Source: Pseudomonadota bacterium (GTDB taxonomy: Bacteria > UBA10199 > 2-02-FULL-44-16 > DYJF01). From it: a DNA stretch of 64,000 nucleotides. Positions 1 to 10,907 of this stretch are shown one piece after another. The stretch's first letter is position 1. Each line of letters starts with the position of its first letter. The notes under the pieces are model-generated. The model did not search any database. It saw nothing but the letters and a program-made list of their open reading frames with translations, and was not told the DNA's origin. The translations under genes and the position numbers were made by a program. The stretch spans positions 79,094 to 143,093 of the forward strand of contig JBDRBB010000006.1 of NCBI GenBank assembly GCA_043823065.1, read 5' to 3'.

Positions 1-954
1 AAGATCCACCAAAAATAAATGGGTATCTGTGCCACCGGTAACAATTCTAAAACCTTTAGCACTTAAGGTTTTGGCAAGGGTTCTACTATTTTTCACAATT
101 TGCTGGCAATAATTTTTATATTCTGGCTGCAGATCTTCTAAAAAAGCCACAGCTTTGGCAGCAATAACATGCATTAGCGGACCACCTTGAATGCCAGGAA
201 AAATAGTTTTGTTTATTTTTTTGGCAAAATCATTTTGGCACATAATCATGCCGCCCCGTGGACCTCTTAAGGTTTTGTGAGTAGTTGTGGTCACAAACTG
301 GCAATAAGGAATAGGACTAGAATGCAAACCTGTAGCAACCAAACCCGCAGGATGGGCAATGTCTGCTAAAACATAAGCGCCAATTTCATCTGCAATTTCT
401 CTGAATTTTTTAAAATCAATATCCCGGGAATAAGCAGAAGCGCCACAAACAATCATCTTGGGCTTGTGTTCTAAAGCTATGGCGCGAACATTTTCATAAT
501 CAATTAATTCAGTTTCTGGATCTACTCCATAATGGATAACCTTAAAAAATTTTCCAGAAAAACTAACTGGCGAGCCATGAGACAGGTGACCGCCATGAGA
601 AAGATCCATGCCCATGATGGTATCGCCTGGTTCTAATACGGAAAAATAAACAGCCATATTAGCTTGGGAACCAGAATGAGGCTGAACATTTGCAGCATCA
701 CATCCAAAAAGTTGTTTGGCGCGTTCAATGGCTAAATCTTCTGCTTCATCAACAAACTCACAACCACCATAATAACGCTTATGCGGATAACCTTCAGCAT
801 ATTTATTGGTCAATACACTGCCTACTGTTTCCAAAACTCTTTTAGACACAAAATTTTCAGAAGCAATTAGTTCTAATTTATATTCTTGGCGATCTATTTC
901 ATTTTGAATAGCCTGATATATTTGGGGATCAAATTGTTCTAGGTTTTTTTCCAT
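1..954 (-). CDS. glyA: Serine hydroxymethyltransferase, N-terminal part (3' end runs off the window start)
   Basis: Reverse-strand translation from the ATG at 954 reads [35 protein letters not shown]... with typical SHMT motifs ([26 protein letters not shown]). A GGAGG ribosome-binding site precedes the ATG. Confidence 0.9.
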   Translation of the reverse strand, partial: MEKNLEQFDPQIYQAIQNEIDRQEYKLELIASENFVSKRVLETVGSVLTNKYAEGYPHKRYYGGCEFVDEAEDLAIERAKQLFGCDAANVQPHSGSQANMAVYFSVLEPGDTIMGMDLSHGGHLSHGSPVSFSGKFFKVIHYGVDPETELIDYENVRAIALEHKPKMIVCGASAYSRDIDFKKFREIADEIGAYVLADIAHPAGLVATGLHSSPIPYCQFVTTTTHKTLRGPRGGMIMCQNDFAKKINKTIFPGIQGGPLMHVIAAKAVAFLEDLQPEYKNYCQQIVKNSRTLAKTLSAKGFRIVTGGTDTHLFLVDL

Positions 955-966
955 TTTGCCTCCACA

Positions 967-1401
967 CTATGACTGGCTATCTATCTTTTCCACCCTCTGT
1001 TTATGTCTGCCTCCGCCGAACGGAGAACCTAAAAAAACATTGGTAAGTTTCTTAATAGTTTCCAAATCAGTAAGCCTGGCCCCAAAACAAGCCACATTAG
1101 CGTCATTATGTTCACGCGCTAAAACAGCTTCATTTTCATTGCGCAGCACAACAGCACGCACGCCTTTCAAGCGATTAGCTACCATGCACATGCCTGCACC
1201 ACTACCACAAATTAAAACTCCCCAATCCACCAAACCTTGGGAAACCAAGCGTGCAGCCTTAAATCCAAAATCAGGATAATCAGAACGATCTTCTGTGGGA
1301 GTACCACAATCTGTTATCTGATAACCTTTTTCTTTTAAATATTGTTTGAGTGTTTCTTTAACTTGAAAACCAGCGTGGTCAGAGGCGAGGGCAATTTTCA
1401 T
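967..1401 (-). CDS. rpiB: Ribose-5-phosphate isomerase B (RpiB/LacAB family)
   Basis: 144-aa ORF MKIALASDHAGFQVKE...LICGSGAGMCMVANR...FGGGRH, which is collinear with RpiB. Confidence 0.85.
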   Translation of the reverse strand: MKIALASDHAGFQVKETLKQYLKEKGYQITDCGTPTEDRSDYPDFGFKAARLVSQGLVDWGVLICGSGAGMCMVANRLKGVRAVVLRNENEAVLAREHNDANVACFGARLTDLETIKKLTNVFLGSPFGGGRHKQRVEKIDSQS

Positions 1402-1410
1402 GAGTATATT

Positions 1411-1653
1411 TTATCCTAGTTTTGATTTTAGGAAATCTACTATGTCTTGCACCACCAAAAATTTTTGAGCCTGATCTTCTGAAATTTCAACATCAAAGCT
1501 CTCTTCTAAAGCTAAAACAAGCTCAATTATATCTAGGGAATCAGCTCCTAAATCACCCTTAAGCGTAGCCTCTAGTTGAATTTCTTCATCAGCTAGTCCT
1601 AACTGATCTGCGATAATTTCGCACACTTGGCGATCAATGGATTCAGCACTCAT
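1411..1653 (-). CDS. Acyl carrier protein
   Basis: Internal Met start MSAESIDRQV... and an 80-aa product carrying the phosphopantetheine-site motif DLGADSLD. The longer ORF (to 1761) is probably an artefactual 5' extension. Confidence 0.7.
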   Translation of the reverse strand: MSAESIDRQVCEIIADQLGLADEEIQLEATLKGDLGADSLDIIELVLALEESFDVEISEDQAQKFLVVQDIVDFLKSKLG

Positions 1654-1879
1654 GTTCTGGGCTGTGCCCCCTATACTGTCTTGATAATTTCTTGCCCCTT
1701 GTAAAATCCACAATGAATACAAACCCGGTGTGGTAACTTGGGTTGTTTGCACTGAGGGCAAGTTGACAGATCTACATGATCTAGCTTCATGTGATTAGCA
1801 CGCCTTTTGTCTCTTCTGCTTCTTGATGTTCTTCTCTTTGGGACTGGCACGGGTCAACCTCTCTTTTATAAATGTTGCC

Positions 1880-1913
1880 TTTAAAAGTGGGCCCTTACTA
1901 CAATCTAAGGGCC
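1880..1913 (-). terminator. Rho-independent terminator-like hairpin downstream of the MetH activation-domain gene
   Basis: GGGCCCTTA...TAAGGGCC stem with a flanking A/T run. Confidence 0.4.
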
Positions 1914-1938
1914 TGTTTTGTCAATAAAAATACCTGAC

Positions 1939-2730
1939 TTAGGGTCTAAAGAACTTGGCCTGAGGCGAAATGGAAATTAAGGCTGAAGTGGAATATTCAG
2001 GAATTAATTGCATGGTTTCACTTAATTTTACCCCTATTTTAACTCCTTTTAACAGATTATAAAGCTTTTTTTGACCAAAAAGGTCAGGCAAAGCAGGATA
2101 GCCAAAGCTAAAACGCTCGCCTTGATCCATGGATAAACCCAATTCTTGTCTGATGTTTTGGTGACTATATTGAGCCAAGGCTTCTGTAGCTTCTGCGGCA
2201 AATCCTTTTAAGTAGAAGAGATCACTATAGTTTTTAATGGCAAAAAGTTTTTCTCCATATTTTATAACATCATTGCCTAAAGTCACTAATTGCAGAGCAA
2301 CAAATCCAGATTCAAAAAAATCAGCAACACATAAGTTAGGAGTTTGGCGTTGGCGAGGAAAATCGAATTTATGCGGTTTTTCTTGATCATCATAAATAAA
2401 TAGGAGATTTCCTTCTTTTTTAGACTTAAAATAGCCATAAACTATCTTGGCTTGATTAAAAATATGCTTAGTTTGAATCAAAAAAACGATTTTTTCAAAA
2501 ATTGGCTCAATTTTTTGCTGCTTTAATTCTTGCCACTGTTCTGAACTTTGACCCTGGCGAAACTCCCAACGAGCAGCAAAAAGTACTTCCTTATTGATTA
2601 GGCTGATGACCTCAGCAAGATTAATCTCTGAAATAATTTTGGTTCCGAAAAATGGAGGGAGTTTTTGCACAACATATCTGGACCATTGACCATGGACTAT
2701 AGACCATTGACCTTTCAATCGAAAATACAA
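1939..2730 (-). CDS. Methionine synthase activation (AdoMet-binding/reactivation) domain protein, encoded separately from the MetH core
   Basis: ORF immediately downstream of the metH core. Its length and position match the MetH C-terminal activation domain. The first ~20 codons (MYFRLKGQWSIVHGQWS) are a translation of a palindromic repeat, so the true start is probably an alternative codon near 2666. Confidence 0.55.
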   Translation of the reverse strand: MYFRLKGQWSIVHGQWSRYVVQKLPPFFGTKIISEINLAEVISLINKEVLFAARWEFRQGQSSEQWQELKQQKIEPIFEKIVFLIQTKHIFNQAKIVYGYFKSKKEGNLLFIYDDQEKPHKFDFPRQRQTPNLCVADFFESGFVALQLVTLGNDVIKYGEKLFAIKNYSDLFYLKGFAAEATEALAQYSHQNIRQELGLSMDQGERFSFGYPALPDLFGQKKLYNLLKGVKIGVKLSETMQLIPEYSTSALISISPQAKFFRP

Positions 2731-2768
2731 AGGTCAATTGTCAATGGTCAATTGTCAATAGTCCTCCT
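2683..2768. repeat. Palindromic cluster of CCATTGACC / GGTCAATGG motifs at the metH core / activation-domain junction
   Basis: gaccattgaccatgg...gaccattgacc...ggtcaattgtcaatggtcaattgtcaata. The same motif recurs at 23846-23870. Confidence 0.7.
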
Positions 2769-5295
2769 AGGTTTCTTGAGCTAAAATTCTTTCCATGGCC
2801 TTTAGTCCAGCAAAAACATCTGCACAATAATACACTTTTCCATTATAAACTTTTTGCAAAAGCATTTCAGTAGTTTGTCTGGTCAAAGCAGCTCCTCCCA
2901 CCAAAACTGGCAAATTATAACCTTGGTTTCTCATAACCTCTAAATCTTCTTGCATAGCTTGCACTGAGCTGACCAACAGTCCGGACAAACCAATTGCATC
3001 TGCCTGATATTTCTGAACAGCTTCCAAAATAGCATTAACTGGTTGACGAATACCCAAGTTAATTACTTCATAACCATTATTAGAAAAAATAATATCCACC
3101 AAATTTTTACCAATATCATGCACATCTCCGCGCACTGTAGCTAAGACAATTTTACCTTTAGTTGATACTTGATCTTGTTCAAGCTGAGGGGTTAAAATAT
3201 CAATGGCCGCTCGCATAACCTCTGCAGCTTGCAAAACAAAAGGCAACGGCATTTGCCCCTTAGCCATCAGCTCTCCAACTTGTTTCATGGCCGGCAAAAG
3301 CACTTCATTGATCACGCTAGCAGCAGATTGCTGCTTGGTTAACTCTGTTAAGTGTGGCTCAAGATCTGTCTTATCCCCTTGCTTGATTTTTTCTTGTAAT
3401 ATTTCAATGGGAGATAATTTTTCACGCTGGATTTTGGTTTGGTTTTGATCTGGATTATCCTTTTTATCATAAAACAAAACCAAATTAGTAAGAGGATCTC
3501 CTTGGCTGGCATCATTGTTCAAAAGGTTCTCTGCTAACCGTTTCTCCTGAGCAGAAATTTGTTCTAAAGAAATGATGCGCAAAGGATTAATAATAGCTGC
3601 ATCTAGACCAGCCTGCGTGGTCTGATGCAAAAAACAACTATTAATTATTTTTCGTGCCACCAAAGGAAGACCATAAGAAATATTACTAACTCCCAAAAGA
3701 ATATTTACTTGAGGAATTTCTTTTTTAAGTTTTGTAATAGCAGCTATAGTTTGCAAACTAGCATCTAAGAGCGTTTTGTCGCCACTAGCAACAGTAAAAG
3801 TTAATAAATCAAACAACAAATCTGCAGTTGTTAAGTTGTAAGATAAAGCCAAGTCATGAAGCTTCTTAGCAATAGCTACTTTTTTTTCTGCAGTCTTGGC
3901 CATACCTTGTTCATCTATGGTTAGGCAAACCACTGCAGCACCATATTTACAAGCTAACTCTAAAATGCGCCTCGCTTTAATCCCCCCATCTTCCAAATTA
4001 ATGGAATTAATCAAACATCTACCTGGAGCTAAAGCAAGAGCTGCCTCAATTACTTCAGGCTTTAAGGAATCTATCATCAAAGGTGCATCAACGGTCTTAA
4101 CTAATCGTGAAACCAATTCTTGCATATCCTTAATTTCATCTCTCTGAGCAGTAGCCACACAAATATCTAAAGCATGAGCACCCAAAGCAGCCTTCTTGGC
4201 AACTTGCACCATGCCATCATAATTATCTTGAAGTAATAAATCGCGAAAATTTTTAGAACCATTAACATTGGTTTGTTCGGCAATGATAAAGGGGCGTGGT
4301 TCCTGTTCTAATGATACAGCGGAAAATAAACTGGAAGCATATGAGCGTATAGCGTACGGCGCACGGCGTACGGCGTCTTGTTTCTGAATATTTTGTAATG
4401 CTTTAATATACTCTGGATTTGTTCCACAGCAACCGCCAATTAAACTTATCCCAGTTTCGCTCATTAACTTGCCAACCTGAGCGGCAAATTCTTCTGGCCC
4501 TAAGCTATAAGCAAGTTTTCCATCTATAGTTTCTGGTAAACCAGCATTTGGCTTGCATAAAAGCGGGCCTGACCAAACTTGAGCTAGAGCACGCAAATGT
4601 TCGCTCATTTGGGCTGGCCCAGTGGCGCAATTAAGGCCAAAAGCTGCTGGTTTAAATGGAGCTAGACTGGCATAGGCAGCTATGATATCCGTACCCAAAA
4701 GCATTTTACCATTGGCCTCGACCGTAAATGAAACCAACAAAGGAACTTGCTTGGCTTTTTGCAGCATTGCTTTCTGGCAAGCTGCAGCTGCGGCCTTAGC
4801 CTGCAAAGGGTCTTGGCTGGTAGTAATAATTAAAGCATCTACTTCCTGATCTAAAAAAATATTAACTTGTTGCAGATAAGCTTCAAAGAGCTCAGCAAAA
4901 CTGATCTGGCCCAATGTTGGCAATTTGGATGTTGGGCCCAACTCACCTACAACAAATCTTGGTTTTTGAGCTGTATAAAATTTAGCCACAGCTGCTTTGG
5001 CAATTCTGACTGCAGCCAAATTTATCTCTGCTGCTTTGGCAGCTATATTGTGATCGCTTAAAGTAATTAAAGAAGCGCCAAAGGTATTGGTTAAAATTAA
5101 ATCTGCACCTGCTTTCAAATAAGCACAATGAATCTCTTCTATAATCTTGGGATTGGTTAAATTTAAGACTTCACTGCAAACTGGCAAACCCTGATAAGCT
5201 TCAGGCCCTAGATTAGCAGCTTGAATCATGGTACCCATACCACCATCCAAAAGCAAAGTTTGCTTAGCAATTAATGTAAGAATCTGATCTATCAT
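2767..5295 (-). CDS. metH: Cobalamin-dependent methionine synthase core (homocysteine-binding, pterin-binding, B12-cap and B12-binding domains; no activation domain)
   Basis: Begins MIDQILTLIAKQTLLLDGGMGTMIQ (Hcy S-methyltransferase domain). GIRQPVN...DVHDIGKNLV is the B12-binding DxHxxG motif. The ORF ends right after the B12 domain. Confidence 0.9.
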   Translation of the reverse strand: MIDQILTLIAKQTLLLDGGMGTMIQAANLGPEAYQGLPVCSEVLNLTNPKIIEEIHCAYLKAGADLILTNTFGASLITLSDHNIAAKAAEINLAAVRIAKAAVAKFYTAQKPRFVVGELGPTSKLPTLGQISFAELFEAYLQQVNIFLDQEVDALIITTSQDPLQAKAAAAACQKAMLQKAKQVPLLVSFTVEANGKMLLGTDIIAAYASLAPFKPAAFGLNCATGPAQMSEHLRALAQVWSGPLLCKPNAGLPETIDGKLAYSLGPEEFAAQVGKLMSETGISLIGGCCGTNPEYIKALQNIQKQDAVRRAPYAIRSYASSLFSAVSLEQEPRPFIIAEQTNVNGSKNFRDLLLQDNYDGMVQVAKKAALGAHALDICVATAQRDEIKDMQELVSRLVKTVDAPLMIDSLKPEVIEAALALAPGRCLINSINLEDGGIKARRILELACKYGAAVVCLTIDEQGMAKTAEKKVAIAKKLHDLALSYNLTTADLLFDLLTFTVASGDKTLLDASLQTIAAITKLKKEIPQVNILLGVSNISYGLPLVARKIINSCFLHQTTQAGLDAAIINPLRIISLEQISAQEKRLAENLLNNDASQGDPLTNLVLFYDKKDNPDQNQTKIQREKLSPIEILQEKIKQGDKTDLEPHLTELTKQQSAASVINEVLLPAMKQVGELMAKGQMPLPFVLQAAEVMRAAIDILTPQLEQDQVSTKGKIVLATVRGDVHDIGKNLVDIIFSNNGYEVINLGIRQPVNAILEAVQKYQADAIGLSGLLVSSVQAMQEDLEVMRNQGYNLPVLVGGAALTRQTTEMLLQKVYNGKVYYCADVFAGLKAMERILAQET

Positions 5296-5323
5296 AAGAA
5301 TGATAGATGTAACATTAAAACTA

Positions 5324-6301
5324 CTATTGGTGCAAGGTCTTACGAGCAATAAAATAAAGTAAGAAAAATGGGGGCAGGCCTAAAACTAAAGGCCAGGGAA
5401 AGTGTTGGGTTGGATTAATTAAGCTACAACCACCGCTGCCTTGTTCAGCCTCATAATCAATGCCGCCGGAAAAAACCGGGTTGCCAGCTATCGAAGTATT
5501 GATATCACAAGCATCGCCAATATTATCTTGATCGCTATCAATTTGCTCGAAATTTGGAATAAACTGACAGTTGTCACAAACATCGCCAAATTCATCCAGA
5601 TCCATATCTTCCTGATTGGGGTTAGGATTAACTGGGCAGTTATCAGCGCCGTCTACAATACCATCACCGTCAAAATCATTAGCACAAGCATCGCCTACTC
5701 CATCATGGTCAGTATCAAATTGATCTGGATTGGCAACTAAGCGACAATTATCACAGGCATCTCCTAGACCATCAAAGTCTTCATCAATCTGGGGCGTATT
5801 ATAAACATCAATACAATTATCAACGCGATTTACCTCGTTATCATCAGCTCGGTCATAAAACCCGTCATGATCGCGATCGGTGCAGGCTTCGCCAACTTCA
5901 TCTTCATCATCCGCACGGTCATATTGGTCAGCATTAGCTACGCTTGGACAATTATCTTGTGCGTCAATTACACCATCTCCATCAATATCATCGCAATCAT
6001 CACCTTCACCATCTTGATCCATATCTGCTTGAAAACCAGCTACATCTAAATCACAATAATCTGCCAGGCCATCAGCATTATTATCAATGGTGCAATCGCC
6101 GTTTTTCACAAAAGGGCAGTTATCTGATCTGTCTGCAATATTATCACAATCCAAATCAAAATATTCCACACCGCCGATTGCAATGGTACAATCTTCATCT
6201 GGATCAGCCAAAACTTGGGTGGAAAAAAACAAAACAGACAGGATTGTAAGCCAGGCCAAGAGTTTTCTCATATGTGGATTTCCTAGCATACCTTTTGGCA
6301 A
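5324..6301 (-). CDS. Secreted thrombospondin type-3 repeat protein with a C-terminal Cys-containing sorting-signal-like tail
   Basis: Signal peptide [22 protein letters not shown]. At least 10 repeats of the DNCPxVxNxDQxDxDxDGxGDACD type. C-terminus [33 protein letters not shown]. Confidence 0.8.
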   Translation of the reverse strand: MPKGMLGNPHMRKLLAWLTILSVLFFSTQVLADPDEDCTIAIGGVEYFDLDCDNIADRSDNCPFVKNGDCTIDNNADGLADYCDLDVAGFQADMDQDGEGDDCDDIDGDGVIDAQDNCPSVANADQYDRADDEDEVGEACTDRDHDGFYDRADDNEVNRVDNCIDVYNTPQIDEDFDGLGDACDNCRLVANPDQFDTDHDGVGDACANDFDGDGIVDGADNCPVNPNPNQEDMDLDEFGDVCDNCQFIPNFEQIDSDQDNIGDACDINTSIAGNPVFSGGIDYEAEQGSGGCSLINPTQHFPWPLVLGLPPFFLLYFIARKTLHQ

Positions 6302-6314
6302 AAAGGGAATAAAA

Positions 6315-7256
6315 TTATTTTCTTCTTCTAAAACTAATTAAAGCTAATCCCATTAAAGCCAGCATGGCCAAGCCAAACCAGCTAGTAGGACTATTTCCAA
6401 GAACCATTAAACTACAGCTTTCACCACTTTGGTTATAATAACTACTATTCAAAAGATCTTGGTTTTGGTTTTGAGACTGATTAATATTTTCACAAGCCGG
6501 CCCACTACATCTGGCATCACAAGCATCGCCAAAACCATCACCATCTGTATCTAATTGGTCTTCATTAGCCCGGCGCCAGCAATTATCATCATCATCAATT
6601 ATTCCATCTTTATCAAAATCTGATTCACAGACATCACCTATTCCATCACCATCTTTATCTAATTGATCTGGATTAGAAACGTATTTGCAATTATCACAAG
6701 CATCACCGATACCATCTTCATCGCTATCTTGCTGGCGAGAATTGTAAATTGATGGGCAATTATCAACTGCATCATCAGCACCGTCCATATCAGCATCGGT
6801 GCAAGCATCACCATCTCCATCACTATTGAAATCTGCTTGTTCGGGATTATAATCTTCAGGACAATTATCTACAGCATTAGCAATTTCATCGCCGTCAGCA
6901 TCATCGTCGCACAAATCGCCGATTCCATCAGCATCTGTATCTTTTTGATCTCGATTGGCAAGCAGGGGACAATTGTCTATTTCATCTAAAATACCGTCAC
7001 GATCATCATCATTATCGCAAACATCACCTTGACCGTCATGATCAGTGTCTAATTGATCTGCATTGGCAACGGTCTGACAATTATCCTCGCCATTAACAAT
7101 GCCATCACAATCTAAATCTAGGGTTCGGTTCATACAAGGAAGAACAACTCTGATATCAGCAATATCCGAGATGGTTGGTGGAGCAGCAAACAAGTTAGAA
7201 ACCAAAACTATGGGTAAAATAATTAGCACCAGAAATACAAATATAAGTTTTTTCAT
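6315..7256 (-). CDS. Secreted thrombospondin type-3 repeat protein, paralog of the neighbouring gene
   Basis: Signal peptide [24 protein letters not shown]. Repeated DNCPxxxNxDQxDxDxDGxGDxCD units. C-terminus [36 protein letters not shown]. Confidence 0.8.
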   Translation of the reverse strand: MKKLIFVFLVLIILPIVLVSNLFAAPPTISDIADIRVVLPCMNRTLDLDCDGIVNGEDNCQTVANADQLDTDHDGQGDVCDNDDDRDGILDEIDNCPLLANRDQKDTDADGIGDLCDDDADGDEIANAVDNCPEDYNPEQADFNSDGDGDACTDADMDGADDAVDNCPSIYNSRQQDSDEDGIGDACDNCKYVSNPDQLDKDGDGIGDVCESDFDKDGIIDDDDNCWRRANEDQLDTDGDGFGDACDARCSGPACENINQSQNQNQDLLNSSYYNQSGESCSLMVLGNSPTSWFGLAMLALMGLALISFRRRK

Positions 7257-7418
7257 GAAAAATCTCCTAAGTAGATTTTTCTCCCCCTGATTTAATTTCT
7301 ATTAATATTATCGGTAGGAATTGAAAAAAGTTGCTAAAAAAAGTGGTAAAACCACTTTTTTTAGCAATCCTGAGTGCGTAAGCACGAAGGATCTCCTTGG
7401 TACCCACAACATCTTAAT

Positions 7419-10400
7419 TTAATTAGCTTTATTAAGCTCAAAAGTTCGCTTTTCGCCACCAAAGTGCAACATTTGAGTGAGCCAAGCCTGCAAATCAATG
7501 GTTATAGCATCTAGATTGGAATTAAACCTAAGCTGTAATCCGTTTTCAGTAAAACTAATCTTCTGTAAACCAAAGAAATCAAACTGCTCAGCTTCAGGGG
7601 AAAATAACTCAATATCTTTAGGAATAGTAATCTTAAACGCCTTTTCTGGATCAGAAAACATATTTAAGGCAATTTGAGCCTTTTCATATAGCGAAGAAAT
7701 AATAGCTGGGCTAGGTACTGTAGTAGTGTTGGTTCCAGGAATTGGAGATATCACTAATCTAGTACGATTGCCTAACGGTCGAATTTTTAGTTGAAATTCC
7801 TCAGAAGTATCAACTTCAGCAGCTAGTAAAATTGCTAATTCAAAACTGGCAATTTGACCTTGCCAAGGATCTGCTACATCTGGTCGCAAGGAATGAATCA
7901 CAGGCTTACCTTCTTCATCCAATAAAATTGGTAGATTTCCAAATTGATCTGGCTGCTGATCTTCAGCAACTTCTAGAGCATAAAAAGAAACGCGCAAACC
8001 ACCTATTTGAAAATCTAAAAGATTGTCGCTTAGGCTAGCGCTGGAAGACTCTTCTTCACTGGAAATAAGCGGAGGGATTTCTTCTGGAGTAACTAAAGCA
8101 AGATGTGGAGCCAAAACCCGGCTACCCTGGATACGCATCAACACTGGTTGGTTGGGAGGAAAATATCCATAGGTAGTTAAAGACGCGCCCAACAGATCTG
8201 AAACTGTTGGTCGAATTAAACATAAAGAAGAAGTTTCCAAATCTTCGTGGACGACATCGCATTCTTCCACAAAATCAAAACCAAGTTGTTTAAAGAAAGG
8301 TTCGGAAAGTTTAATGTCAACCAGACCTGTATATTCATCGGAACCTTCAACGCCTATTGCGCTAGCTATAAAAAGCAGGTGATTGATGGCATCGGCAGTT
8401 AGGGCCAGCCGCAGAGTTTTGTCATGAAGTTCTACAGATTCAAAGACCCGGTCCTTTGTTGCTGAAATAACACCCACACTTGGAATTTGCAGCTCAATTG
8501 GCAAATCAGCAAAAACTTCTTGGTCACCAACTATTAAGCCAGCATCAAAAAGCATTCCATTGCTATTTAACAAGAGACCAATTCCTGACTCATTAGCTAA
8601 ATTAACTCCTAAAGGAATATTATAATTACCTAAAATATCGCCACCTGAAAATGAAAGTTTATGTTTAAAACCATTTTTCGCAAATTGAGTTAAAAACTTA
8701 GAACCAGTGCAATACAAGGTGGAGTTAATCGCATCTAAAACTGCCTCGCTAATTAAACCTGTTTGATTATCCAGCTCATTAAAGGAATGACAGAGATCTT
8801 GGACTTCTTCTGAAACATCAAACCCAGCGGTATCGCATTTTACAAAAAATCCATAATTGGTGGCATTACCCACAAAATTCTGAGGGATCAAAGAAGCTGG
8901 AGTGCCTTTGCAATATTTTTCTTTTTTAAAATCGCAATCAGTGTAATTACTACTTAATAGAATCAGGCCCTGTTCTTGGTTTACTTGTAACTTTACGTTA
9001 ATAGAAGCTTCTCTGAATGAGATCCTAAGGGGAATTGGTCCTAGAACTGTTTTTCCTTCAGCATCTTGTTTAATTAGCCCAATGACAAATGACAAATTCT
9101 CAAAAGATAGAACAAGATCTAAAGCATCTTTGGCAAAAGAAACTTGTTCAATACTTGCTGAACCCACTCCAGGCTCACCTAAAAGAGTAAAAGTAAAATC
9201 TTGAAAAGTTGATTTACCACCGCATTGAGGGATGCTCACCGCAACTTCTTCTGGAGATTCATTAGCCTCTTCTGGCGTGCTTGATTTTTTACCTAAATCA
9301 TCTGTTAACTTACCAATAAAAACTTGAAACTCGTCTGAACTTAAATAATTAGAGAGAAAGGGGGCTAAAATATTTTTTATAGTTTTAGAAGCTAAAATTA
9401 ATTGTAAACCTGAAGCAGAAATCAAACCATCTTTGATCTCATTATTGCTATTAAACGGTGATTTAACCTTACCCCAACCAAAAACCCAGGCTTGAGAAAA
9501 ATTATTTTCCTTATAATCAACAGTGACAATATTTATTCCCTGCTGGGGAGCTAATTCAGTCTCATACAACCCAGTTGAGTTGAGACAAATCTCTTGCAGT
9601 TGATTTCTATTAAAAGCAACCTCAACACATGCTTCATTTGGAATACCATTCACTCTAAACTGAAAAGGTATAATCTCTGGATAATCTTCTTGAGTATAAA
9701 TTGGAAGTGACTCAGCTGGACTAATAATATCTAAACCTGGCGTTGCTCCTGAGCCTTGAAACTTAATCCTTGATAATGTTGGACATGCACCTTGAGCTAT
9801 AGCTGGATTGCAGGCAGTAATAGTTAATTCATTGTTGCCAGCAATAACTGGCACACCTATTTCAAAATTTCCCTGACCTCCTTGCTCCACCCTGCTTTGA
9901 CAAGAAATACTGCTGACGTTGCCATTTGTATCTCTCATATTGTTTTCCACAGTAACCGTAACAGCATGAGTTGAGGCACCAATAAAATCGCAATTTTGGC
10001 AATCTTTCAAAAGGGAAACTGCCACGTTAACATGAGAGCTATCAATCAATTCTTGATTTCTTAGATCAGGCTCAAAAGAAACTTGATCTGCATCCATGGT
10101 AAACGCTTTGACCTTACTAGTCTTTCCAGAAACAGTTTCAGAACTGCCGGAAAAACGACTGGCGCTAACTGAAATAGTATAAGGACCAAATTTAGCCAAA
10201 GGCAGACGTGCTGCGAAATAACCTTCTTCACTTAGACAAAAAGGTTTATTTTCTAAATTACTTTCCCAGCAATTTGCAGCGCTCCAATCACTAGTATCGA
10301 TATTTTGCGTCTCTTTAGTATATTCATTTTGTACAGCAATGCTGATGCTGGCAGGAGTTGCCTCAGCCCTGTTTAAAGTTCCCTTAATAATTATAAAATC

Positions 10401-10706
10401 TTCTTTTACTCCTGGCTCAGGAGTATTCAGACATAGAAACCCAGCATCTGGTTTACAAATGATGGCGGAAGGTTGTCTGGGAACAAGGCATTTTCCAGAC
10501 TCACCCACAACAGTAGATAAAACTTCTACCTCATCAGATTCATCAGTATCTTCAGGATTATCAGGTTCAACCGGTTGTGGATCTTCTTTTGTTGAAGCTA
10601 CGCTTCTTGCTTGCCACCAATTTGTTACATCATCTAACAACCCAGCTTGGGCTTGAGGAATAATTAGAACAAGGCTTAAAATAAGGAATAAATAGATTTT
10701 TTTCAT
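7419..10706 (-). CDS. Large secreted protein of unknown function (1095 aa from the internal Met)
   Basis: Start at MKKIYLFLILSLVLIIPQAQA (signal peptide, AGGAAA ribosome-binding site). No recognisable catalytic motif. Confidence 0.6.
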   Translation of the reverse strand: MKKIYLFLILSLVLIIPQAQAGLLDDVTNWWQARSVASTKEDPQPVEPDNPEDTDESDEVEVLSTVVGESGKCLVPRQPSAIICKPDAGFLCLNTPEPGVKEDFIIIKGTLNRAEATPASISIAVQNEYTKETQNIDTSDWSAANCWESNLENKPFCLSEEGYFAARLPLAKFGPYTISVSASRFSGSSETVSGKTSKVKAFTMDADQVSFEPDLRNQELIDSSHVNVAVSLLKDCQNCDFIGASTHAVTVTVENNMRDTNGNVSSISCQSRVEQGGQGNFEIGVPVIAGNNELTITACNPAIAQGACPTLSRIKFQGSGATPGLDIISPAESLPIYTQEDYPEIIPFQFRVNGIPNEACVEVAFNRNQLQEICLNSTGLYETELAPQQGINIVTVDYKENNFSQAWVFGWGKVKSPFNSNNEIKDGLISASGLQLILASKTIKNILAPFLSNYLSSDEFQVFIGKLTDDLGKKSSTPEEANESPEEVAVSIPQCGGKSTFQDFTFTLLGEPGVGSASIEQVSFAKDALDLVLSFENLSFVIGLIKQDAEGKTVLGPIPLRISFREASINVKLQVNQEQGLILLSSNYTDCDFKKEKYCKGTPASLIPQNFVGNATNYGFFVKCDTAGFDVSEEVQDLCHSFNELDNQTGLISEAVLDAINSTLYCTGSKFLTQFAKNGFKHKLSFSGGDILGNYNIPLGVNLANESGIGLLLNSNGMLFDAGLIVGDQEVFADLPIELQIPSVGVISATKDRVFESVELHDKTLRLALTADAINHLLFIASAIGVEGSDEYTGLVDIKLSEPFFKQLGFDFVEECDVVHEDLETSSLCLIRPTVSDLLGASLTTYGYFPPNQPVLMRIQGSRVLAPHLALVTPEEIPPLISSEEESSSASLSDNLLDFQIGGLRVSFYALEVAEDQQPDQFGNLPILLDEEGKPVIHSLRPDVADPWQGQIASFELAILLAAEVDTSEEFQLKIRPLGNRTRLVISPIPGTNTTTVPSPAIISSLYEKAQIALNMFSDPEKAFKITIPKDIELFSPEAEQFDFFGLQKISFTENGLQLRFNSNLDAITIDLQAWLTQMLHFGGEKRTFELNKAN

Positions 10707-10907
10707 AAGTATTTCCTTTTCGCCTAAAAAACAAAAAAGTTGCGTAAAAAAACAGACATCCTGCACCTTATACCTTATACCCCACATGAAAAGCCGCGTT
10801 ATGTCATATTTTGCTGCATATGGCTGTCACGCTGCACCTTGTGGTTAATAATGAAAAACATATTTTATAGGCAACTTTTTCTTAGAAATGACGATAAGAG
10901 AATACTA

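Noticed and set aside
3203-5061. Several 60-85-aa plus-strand ORFs inside metH, and similar antisense ORFs inside other long genes (for example 20039-21232, 26875-28006, 28270-29246)
   Set aside because: They are fully embedded antisense in well-supported long coding sequences, lack ribosome-binding sites, and show low-complexity translations.
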